A stretch of 64,000 nucleotides of DNA from Fibrobacteria bacterium (GTDB lineage Bacteria > Fibrobacterota > Fibrobacteria > UBA11236 > JADFYW01): contig JBNKOC010000019.1 in assembly GCA_050294405.1 (NCBI GenBank), positions 29,610 to 93,609 of the forward strand, written 5' to 3'. The notes under the pieces were generated by a model. That model searched no databases. It worked only from the letters and a program-made list of their open reading frames with translations, and had not been told where the DNA came from. Made by a program: the position numbers and the translations under genes. This document shows positions 56,656-64,000 of this stretch, piece after piece (the stretch's first letter is position 1; the number at the start of each line of letters is the position of its first letter).

Positions 56656-57717
56656 CTAAAAATCCCCGCGGCCGCTGCCAATTATGGGAGTAATTGGAAA
56701 GTATATAAGGTCAGATTCTAAATTTCTTCCTAATAAGTCCCAAAATTTGCTTTTAGATTGAGTTATTTTAGCCATTGGAAGCGCAATAGATGTGGAAACT
56801 TTAGATATATCTATTTCCCGCACACTCAGCATTTTATAATCGGCCTGGGCTCCATCTGTACGAATTAAAATGGTACCGTTACCTTGGTTAATAATTGTAT
56901 TTGGGTCGGAATAAGAACACCCTTCAATGCTTGTGGAAGCGCCTGGCCAATTTCCATCATCAATAACTTCTCCAACTTTTTCCCAACCAGCAAAATTTTC
57001 CATAATTCCCTGGGAAAGGCTGTCGATATAAAGTTCCAATTTTACCTTAGAATCATTTTCCATATTGTAACAAATAAATTTCATACCTATCCATTTATTC
57101 TCAGGCAATTTATCGCCCTCCCACAAGTGGTCCTGAGTATGCAAACCTCCCCCACTCCAATATTCGCTCTCTGGATGTTTAAGTTCTTTCTCAAAATCCC
57201 ATTTTCCATCGTGACGGAAACGGGCATAGTATGTTTGGGCCTGGCAATCGTCTCCCTCTGGTGAGCCATGCCCTGTGGGGTGGGTTCTAACTCCAACTAC
57301 TAAGCCTCCCCAATTTTCCCCATTTAATCCGGTTTTTCGATAATATACTGTTAACTCGGTATTTAAAAAAAACTGCGCATCAATTTTTGAGTTAACCATG
57401 CTGTTTACGTGAAAACGGGGGCTATTTCCCGTTAAGGTCATTTGTCCTTCACCATTAATAATAAAACCGTCACTTTGCCCACTATGATCTTCTGTCCAGT
57501 CGCTGGGATCATACGGGTCTCGAGAGTATTTTATAGTTCGGCTTATTCCATTTCCCCAATGTATGCTATTCCATTCCTGGCTTCCTTCTAAACTGGGGTA
57601 AAATTGGGGCACTCCAAAAACATCCTCCCCGGGAAAAAGATAAGGAGAACATGCAAATACAAAAAAGGGCACTAACCAGTGCCTTTTTTTCCTTCCTAAA
57701 TTGAATGTTAATTTCAT
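56656..57717 (-). CDS. Secreted beta-sandwich (carbohydrate-active/lectin-like) protein with short C-terminal DLLGR motif
   Basis: Signal-like N-terminus; Trp/Gly-rich; YYARFRHDG.WDFEKELKHP, NKWIGMKF...VKLELYID; C-terminal FWDLLGR. Confidence 0.55.
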   Translation of the reverse strand: MKLTFNLGRKKRHWLVPFFVFACSPYLFPGEDVFGVPQFYPSLEGSQEWNSIHWGNGISRTIKYSRDPYDPSDWTEDHSGQSDGFIINGEGQMTLTGNSPRFHVNSMVNSKIDAQFFLNTELTVYYRKTGLNGENWGGLVVGVRTHPTGHGSPEGDDCQAQTYYARFRHDGKWDFEKELKHPESEYWSGGGLHTQDHLWEGDKLPENKWIGMKFICYNMENDSKVKLELYIDSLSQGIMENFAGWEKVGEVIDDGNWPGASTSIEGCSYSDPNTIINQGNGTILIRTDGAQADYKMLSVREIDISKVSTSIALPMAKITQSKSKFWDLLGRNLESDLIYFPITPIIGSGRGDF

Positions 57718-58382
57718 TTTTTTCCAGCTGCTACCTTTTTGCTGGCCTGCATTTTTGCAACGTTAACTAAAGCCAAGTTATAATCCTTGCAATCTTTTTT
57801 CTTTTCACAATCCATATACATTTGGCAAATTCCTTTTGAGGCTTTACCTTTACACATTTTTTTCACAAACTCTTTGGCATCTTCTATTTGAGATTCAGAA
57901 ACATCCTTGTTAAACTCATTTAACATTTTTGTTTTTAAGTCATTAATATTTTGGCTGTGGGCATTAAGCATTCTCTCATTTTTTTCCTGGGCTTGTTTTA
58001 TTTTTAGGGCCTTTTCATCTGCCGACAGGTTGTCTTCTGAACCTTTTGTATTTCCATTATCCAGTGAAGACAAGTCTCCCTTCTTTAAAGCTTCCTTAAA
58101 CTTTTCATTTTGCTCATAGGCTTCATCTCCCAATGTTTTCCTCAAATAGGCTTCTCTTGATTTTTGAACTTTATCGGGGTCTTCTTTGGCGTCCAATACA
58201 TCCCCAATGAAATCCGCATCATTTTCATTAATGGCTGAATTTTTTTTAGCTGTTTCCAAGGCAAGCTCCTTTGCATTTTCATCATGGGAGCCTGAGTTAA
58301 CTTCCGTTTTATTTTCTTTACATGAAATCAGTAACACCAAAAATAAAGCATTTATCAGTAAATATTTGCCATAGATTTTCAT
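57714..58382 (-). CDS. Hypothetical helical lipoprotein with C-terminal four-Cys cluster
   Basis: Lipobox LISC; coiled coil; C..C..C..C near the C-terminus. Confidence 0.6.
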   Translation of the reverse strand: MKIYGKYLLINALFLVLLISCKENKTEVNSGSHDENAKELALETAKKNSAINENDADFIGDVLDAKEDPDKVQKSREAYLRKTLGDEAYEQNEKFKEALKKGDLSSLDNGNTKGSEDNLSADEKALKIKQAQEKNERMLNAHSQNINDLKTKMLNEFNKDVSESQIEDAKEFVKKMCKGKASKGICQMYMDCEKKKDCKDYNLALVNVAKMQASKKVAAGKK

Positions 58383-58485
58383 AAGTCCTCTTTATTAAAA
58401 GTGATCCAAGGTATTGTTTTTCACCCAAATTCCCCAAAAAATGCAATTAATTATACTTGCCCTTAATATATTGTATTTAGATTAA

Positions 58486-59136
58486 ATGCAAAAAGGAAAA
58501 TGCGAAATGAAAACAATTTTATGCTTTGGCGATTCGAATACTTGGGGATTTATTCCAGGATCTGAGTTTGAACGCTATTCTTATGAAAAAAGGATACCTG
58601 GTGCCCTGCAAAAATTGCTAGGCGCAAATTTTAGGGTAATTGAAGAAGCATTAAATGGACGTATGATAGCCTGGGACGATCCCCTAAATGCAGATAAAAA
58701 TGGCAAAAGCCAACTTCCCTTTATTTTAGATTCTCACAGACCATTGGACTTTATTTCAATTATGTTGGGCACTAATGATTTAAAACATTATATGGGCTTG
58801 CAGCCAAAAGATTGTGCCACAGCTATTGGTGTTTTGGTAGAAATTATTAATAATGCTAATTGCGGCCCTAATAACAAGCCACCAAAAATTTTGATAATAT
58901 CCCCCCCAAAAATAGTTCCTTCATCCGACCCATTTGGGAATATTTTTGATGAAGCTCCTATAAAATCTGCCCAAATGCCAGCTGAGTATGAAAAGATTGC
59001 AAACAGGTATGGTTGCCTGTTTATGGATGCCGCCTTAGAGGCAACTACTCCCGATACCGATGGAATCCATATTGATGAAAAAGGCCATTATCAAATTGCC
59101 TTTAAAATTTCTGAAATAATTAAGGAGAATATTTAA
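58486..59136 (+). CDS. SGNH/GDSL hydrolase (arylesterase-like)
   Basis: CFGDSNTWG, EEALNGR, MLGTND, DGIH. Confidence 0.92.
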   Translation: MQKGKCEMKTILCFGDSNTWGFIPGSEFERYSYEKRIPGALQKLLGANFRVIEEALNGRMIAWDDPLNADKNGKSQLPFILDSHRPLDFISIMLGTNDLKHYMGLQPKDCATAIGVLVEIINNANCGPNNKPPKILIISPPKIVPSSDPFGNIFDEAPIKSAQMPAEYEKIANRYGCLFMDAALEATTPDTDGIHIDEKGHYQIAFKISEIIKENI

Positions 59137-60632
59137 GAAAAGGAGGGTATCGGCACTGTTTTTTGATACCTTTCCCCGGCTTCATCTTCCACATTATTTT
59201 TCCCATCGGGAGGAAGAATTAAAAGTTTAAGTAGCTTAGCGTTGCTGGGAATATCAATTTTGCTGGCCTCTGAATGGACATATATTTCTTCGCCATTCTC
59301 TAAAACCCAAATAATTCTTTTCCAGTAATTTTCCTTAAAATTAATATTTGAATAGGATTCGCCTTCAAAGTCTATCTGGATTCCAGATGCATCATCAAAA
59401 TTTTTCCAATATAAGGTCCATGAATCTGTTGAATTGAGTTCTTCCACCAGTGAATTTCCTGGTTGGAAAACAGGCCATTTCATTACATCCTTATAAACTT
59501 CTGTTACTTCATTAGAAGAAAACTCATGAACGTTTCCATATTCAGATTGCTGAAAAAGACCTAGCCCCCCCATATCGGCAAGAATATAGTGAACAACGCT
59601 TCCAATTACCTCGGGATTGGCTTCAATCCAACGGTAACATTCTAAAATAAGTTTCGCAGTTTCTTTGGGGCCATGAATATCCTGATCATAGTCCAACTCG
59701 CCCAAATTAATTCGCAAATCTGGCTCATTTCTAAAAGTGGACATAAAATCCCGAAAACCTCTAAAGACTTTTTCACACAATATTTCGGGTGGGATAAAAA
59801 AGCTCCGATGTTCATCATGTGTAACATTTCCTTTAACAGGAACGTCATGAATTACATGTCCCGGCCAACCGTAATGAAGGGAGCCATATTGATCAAGAGA
59901 AATAATTTCATTGGGAAGTTTATACATGGGGCCCAATTGGTTATCCCCCAGATTAGGGAAAGTGCCGGCCTCAAGTTTGCCCATATTTATTAATTCGCCA
60001 GGCCCATTATAACAAGCCACCAAGGTTGTTTCAGGAGCATACTTCCCAAATATTTTATGGGCCATTATAAAGAAATTTGAGATCTCTTGATATATTTGGC
60101 ATTGCTCATCTAAGTTTTTATCTGGATCACCAACTTGATTCGCGAACCTAAACCAGGTGTTTCCATTTGCTTCATGATTCAATCGAAATTTCTTAACGCC
60201 ATATTCTTTCATAATTTTGGCTATTTCAATGATTTCGTTTTCCGAAGTATCGCAATCTGCGGTCAAAGTTAAGGTAACATCATGGCCGTATTTTCGGGAA
60301 TCTATAATTTGCGAAACCACATCATTTTTTTCATCTTCAAAATCCAAATTGTAATACCCGTCCGTGGAATACTCTGAGGAAGGTAACTTTGTTTTATCTG
60401 TTTCATCTTTTAATCCCCATCTGTAATGAGGCACATCTTCAGGGTGAAATAATTTTCGATTAGGCCAATTTTTATTTTTTGGATAATAACAGGCCATTAA
60501 ATTAACCCCACAATGAGGGGCTCCCAATAATTCTAATGCCTTTTCAAAGGGGACATAGTCTCCCCTTTCACTACCGTTGTTGATTAACAATTCAATTTGT
60601 GGCGCAGTTTGTTTGAACCGATGTATTTTCAA
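59133..60632 (-). CDS. Divergent GH26-like (clan GH-A) glycoside hydrolase
   Basis: FRLNHEANGNTWF (acid/base motif), ISLDQY, INLGELD (putative nucleophile); no signal peptide. Confidence 0.55.
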   Translation of the reverse strand: MKIHRFKQTAPQIELLINNGSERGDYVPFEKALELLGAPHCGVNLMACYYPKNKNWPNRKLFHPEDVPHYRWGLKDETDKTKLPSSEYSTDGYYNLDFEDEKNDVVSQIIDSRKYGHDVTLTLTADCDTSENEIIEIAKIMKEYGVKKFRLNHEANGNTWFRFANQVGDPDKNLDEQCQIYQEISNFFIMAHKIFGKYAPETTLVACYNGPGELINMGKLEAGTFPNLGDNQLGPMYKLPNEIISLDQYGSLHYGWPGHVIHDVPVKGNVTHDEHRSFFIPPEILCEKVFRGFRDFMSTFRNEPDLRINLGELDYDQDIHGPKETAKLILECYRWIEANPEVIGSVVHYILADMGGLGLFQQSEYGNVHEFSSNEVTEVYKDVMKWPVFQPGNSLVEELNSTDSWTLYWKNFDDASGIQIDFEGESYSNINFKENYWKRIIWVLENGEEIYVHSEASKIDIPSNAKLLKLLILPPDGKNNVEDEAGERYQKTVPIPSFS

Positions 60633-60820
60633 AATTCTTCCTTTTCCATTCCCTCAACTAGGAAATTTACCATCTGATTTATTGGAGGAGAATTTAATAA
60701 AAATAGGGGCCAAAGATTAATATCCCTGGAATCGCCCTATTTTATTTTTTGTTTAAAAAAATTAAATAGTTCTCGCCAACATGGCATTTGACTCAAAAAG
60801 ACAAATTTAGGGGGCAATGC

Positions 60821-61498
60821 CTATTTCTTTTCCTTTTTAACGGAGATATTTTTTAGGAATTTTTCAAACAGCGCCTTTTCTTTTTTAATAATTGTAGGAA
60901 AACCCCACATTATTACCCTGTAGTTTCTTTTGTTGGCCACAAAGCTACTTACATAATAACTCAACTCAATTCCATTTAACTTTACTTTAAAGGATCTTAA
61001 GAGAGCATTTACCTTTTTGGTTTTTATTTCCCAAGATTCCCCATCCACAAAATATTGCGATATATTTCTTATGTTCTGCTCAATGAGGTTTAAATATTCC
61101 TTATTTTCTAAGCCAATTTCTTCAGTTCCCATTATCAGATAAATGGATTTGGCGTTGTTAATTGCCAAAAACTCAAACTGAGTATTCTCGAGCTTAGAAT
61201 CAAAACTAACATCATAGCCATCCAAAAAAGAAGTGTCTAATATTATTCCCTGCTTCCATAATTTAGATTCGGAATATTTCACCTTTTCTTCAATTTTTGT
61301 GATTCGAACCGTATCAATTTCAAATGAAACTAAATTACCAGGCTTAATTGTAATCTCTCCAAAATCGGTTTCCACTGTCAACCCGTTAGATTGACTATAA
61401 CTTAATATTCTTCCTGTTATTTTTTTTCCGCTGCTTAACAGAACCGTATCTGAGATGCCAAGTTGTATTAATAGCAAAAGGACTAACAAAAATTTCAT
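60821..61498 (-). CDS. Secreted hypothetical protein
   Basis: Signal peptide; DTVLLSSGKKITGRI small N-terminal domain. Confidence 0.6.
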   Translation of the reverse strand: MKFLLVLLLLIQLGISDTVLLSSGKKITGRILSYSQSNGLTVETDFGEITIKPGNLVSFEIDTVRITKIEEKVKYSESKLWKQGIILDTSFLDGYDVSFDSKLENTQFEFLAINNAKSIYLIMGTEEIGLENKEYLNLIEQNIRNISQYFVDGESWEIKTKKVNALLRSFKVKLNGIELSYYVSSFVANKRNYRVIMWGFPTIIKKEKALFEKFLKNISVKKEKK

Positions 61499-62280
61499 TT
61501 CATGGCCTCCGACAAGATTCGATTAAACTTCATTTTTTTTTCTTCCAGATAATTTTTAAGAAATTGAAATTTGTTTTTCTCAATTTTAACATTTTCTTTG
61601 GATTCAATCACCTTAAACATAATTTTTTCAAAATCTGGGTTATCTTTAAGCCTATATTCCACCGTTGTAGGAATTATTTCAAAATAATAAGAGTAATGGC
61701 TCAAACTGTCTTTCTGAAAAATTTCCTGAATTTCCTCAGGACTAAATTGGAAGGGAGGAAATAGTTGTGGGTTAATAGATGTGTATAACATTTTTTTTAC
61801 TTCTAAAAAATTTTGCATCAATAAATGATAGGTCTTGCGTGTCGGTAATTTTGCGAGCCGGGATTTTACTTCGCTGGGATTGTTTTTTGATTCAAAAAGG
61901 AATTGGGTGAACTTGTTTTTCTCCTCTTCTGAAAAGCCTCCCTCCGGCGCTTTAACAAGCTCCATCCAAGCCTTTGAATTCAAGTTGTCCCACTGCTGTT
62001 TGCGCTCTTTTTTAGATGACTTCTCTATAAAATATAGCTTGTAATCATCGAACATTTTTATAGAATCAAATTCTGAGGCTAACTGCTTGTGCATTTTGGC
62101 ATAAACCGTGGAGTCTAGCATATTTTCAAATTTTTCAAAATCATGCAAATATGCTTTTCTGATATCATTAATAGTTTGACCATATCCATCTAGTTTTATC
62201 AGGGAATCTAAGATAATATCAGACCATCCAAGATTTATCAAAATAAAAAATGAGAATTTTAAAAATGATTTTACATTCAT
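61495..62280 (-). CDS. Secreted hypothetical helical protein
   Basis: Signal peptide; 4-nt overlap with the next gene. Confidence 0.58.
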   Translation of the reverse strand: MNVKSFLKFSFFILINLGWSDIILDSLIKLDGYGQTINDIRKAYLHDFEKFENMLDSTVYAKMHKQLASEFDSIKMFDDYKLYFIEKSSKKERKQQWDNLNSKAWMELVKAPEGGFSEEEKNKFTQFLFESKNNPSEVKSRLAKLPTRKTYHLLMQNFLEVKKMLYTSINPQLFPPFQFSPEEIQEIFQKDSLSHYSYYFEIIPTTVEYRLKDNPDFEKIMFKVIESKENVKIEKNKFQFLKNYLEEKKMKFNRILSEAMK

Positions 62281-62330
62281 GGCAGACCTAGCTAAGATAT
62301 TTTTGAACTTGCAATTAATTTTTCGGCCAA

Positions 62331-62828
62331 CTATTTATTAGAGTCTGCTGGTTTATCTTCAAAGCCGGAGACTTTTTCTATTAAATCTTTCGCAAACCTT
62401 TCACTGAAACCTGCAATAAAAGCAACAGCTACATAAAAATAAAAGTCTCTCTCTCCCAATTCGGGTTTGGCGATAAATCCTGATGCAAAAACCATGTAGG
62501 AAAATTGGGCAAATGACATTCCAATAAAAGGCTTTAATAAACCATTTAGGAAATGAAGAACGGCTGGCTGAGAGTCTTTAACCATGTTCCTAAGCCGCAT
62601 TATCACACTAAGAGCGCCTCCTTGGGCTCCAACCACCCCAATCCAGGAGAGCCTTATGATGTCTTCCTCAGTAAATAAGTGTTGGTTCGCTAAATATTTA
62701 TTACCTAGCCCAACGCCAAGCATAAATGCGGGAATAGCTATGATAGCAGCAGTAAGCACGCCCAGGAGGGATGTTAATAAGGGAGGCATTTCTTCAAGCT
62801 TTTTGGGTATGTTTAAAATAAACTTCAC
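62331..62828 (-). CDS. Four-TM membrane protein
   Basis: GAQGGALSVIMR...KPFIG...AFIAGFSERF. Confidence 0.68.
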   Translation of the reverse strand: MKFILNIPKKLEEMPPLLTSLLGVLTAAIIAIPAFMLGVGLGNKYLANQHLFTEEDIIRLSWIGVVGAQGGALSVIMRLRNMVKDSQPAVLHFLNGLLKPFIGMSFAQFSYMVFASGFIAKPELGERDFYFYVAVAFIAGFSERFAKDLIEKVSGFEDKPADSNK

Positions 62829-62933
62829 TTTTTCTCCATATTAAAGCCTCGGTTCCCCTAAATATAGATATTTTTAGAATACAAAGCTGGTCCATCTGAT
62901 AATTTTGAAATATGTCCAAAAACATCAAATTTT

Positions 62934-63797
62934 CTACTGAAGCAAACTTCCTTCCGCAACTTTTTTAATTTTACCTCCCACCTCCACATTATATTTATTT
63001 GAATCATTTTTTGTTCTCAAATACAACTTGGATTTCCGATTGATTTCAAAACCTTGTTCTACACTTATATCAATAGAATCAATTTCAAAATATTTGTACT
63101 TTGATAGATATGCTGCCAAATTTCCGTTGCCACTCCCAGTGGCTGGATCTTCAGGCACACCAAAGTGGTCTGCAAATACTCTGCAATTCAGAGAACTTGA
63201 TTCTTCATATGTTTCACTAGTAAATATTAAAAATGGTTTTGGCTCTATTTTATTAAAATGTTTATAGTACTTATTTAAATTCACTCTGCAACGCTTTACA
63301 GCATCTAAGCTTTTCAAGGGAATTATTATAAATTCAAAGCCTGTGGAGACAGCCTGAATTGGAAACAACTCATTAACATCGGTTTCATTTACCCCCAATA
63401 TCGACGCAATGTCAAACGGTTTATAAACTTCATTAAATACTGGTTCTTTTTGCCTCATCCAAGTAATGTCATTTTCAAAAACTATTTTAATTTTTCCAAT
63501 TTTAAGATTTAGGCTAAGTTCTGCTTGAGCAGCCTTTAACACTTCATTTCTAAGAACAAAAGCGGTACCAATGGTCGGATGACCGGCAAATGGAATTTCT
63601 TTATTTGGAGTAAATATTCGAACGGAATTTTCTTCATATTTTTGGATAAATGTTGTTTCGGAAAAATTGAATTCCCTCGCAATTGCCTGCATTCTTTCTT
63701 GATCTAAGGGAAACTCAAGTAGGACAACAGCTAGTTGATTTCCAGAGTAAGCGCCTCTGCAAAAAACATCAACTATATAAAATTTTAGTTTTTCCAT
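62934..63797 (-). CDS. PhzF-family isomerase/epimerase
   Basis: VDVF...GNQLAV, FNFSETTF, RIFTP..EIPFAGHPTIG, EDPATGSG. Confidence 0.92.
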   Translation of the reverse strand: MEKLKFYIVDVFCRGAYSGNQLAVVLLEFPLDQERMQAIAREFNFSETTFIQKYEENSVRIFTPNKEIPFAGHPTIGTAFVLRNEVLKAAQAELSLNLKIGKIKIVFENDITWMRQKEPVFNEVYKPFDIASILGVNETDVNELFPIQAVSTGFEFIIIPLKSLDAVKRCRVNLNKYYKHFNKIEPKPFLIFTSETYEESSSLNCRVFADHFGVPEDPATGSGNGNLAAYLSKYKYFEIDSIDISVEQGFEINRKSKLYLRTKNDSNKYNVEVGGKIKKVAEGSLLQ

Positions 63798-64000
63798 TGT
63801 TTGGAATAAGAAATGGTTGAAATTTTTTATTCTCTCATTTAGAGCGGTAAGCTATTTTTAAATTTAAGATTTTATTTTTTCTGTATTGTGATCGTTATTA
63901 CCTGACACAAGTCTCCAAGAGTTAAAGATACATATTAGGCGGCTTGTTTCAAAGGCTCCTTTTTCTTAATGGACTTTTTTATACCTGTAGTAAACATCTG

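Noticed and set aside
60760..63960. Integron cassette array: co-directional small AT-rich genes with GTTGGCG (~60780), GTTGGCC (~62331) and GCCTAAT (~63935) core-like sites
   Set aside because: No paired R''/L''/L'/R' attC palindromes could be built, two of the genes overlap, and no integrase is in the window. At most these are degenerate remnants.
63935..64000. 3' end of a CDS entering from the right edge
   Set aside because: Two minus-strand frames are plausible and too short to assign.

Overview
AT-rich bacterial chromosomal window, densely coding (about 55 CDS). I found no rRNA, tRNA, CRISPR array, transposase or phage genes. A PorV-like barrel, a STAS-PEGA protein, a C-terminal 'DLLGR' motif and a Wzi-like barrel suggest an FCB-group diderm, possibly Fibrobacterota; this is inference, not established. 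From left to right: a partial alpha-2-macroglobulin-like lipoprotein missed by the ORF track, yceI, a GT4/GT4/DUF2334 module, a 141-bp MITE-like palindromic element, acyl-CoA dehydrogenase, wzi-like, a PLP aminotransferase, an amidohydrolase-queG operon, a PorV/STAS-PEGA/M23-like/Minf_1886 cluster, a coupled yhhQ + HAD-Nudix fusion + folB + pteridine reductase operon, a partial T2SS/T4P-like cluster, putA, an AAA-less REC-PAS-Fis regulator with a perfect TGTAAA-N6-TTTACA box, a RpoE-ChrR / furan-fatty-acid-type (ufa/cfa) locus next to a photolyase, and an accessory tail (GH26-like, SGNH, PhzF, hypotheticals). The best candidate for an undescribed system is the pterin operon: its HAD-Nudix fusion could carry out both dephosphorylation steps before FolB, and its QPTR/YhhQ transporter could import pterins.
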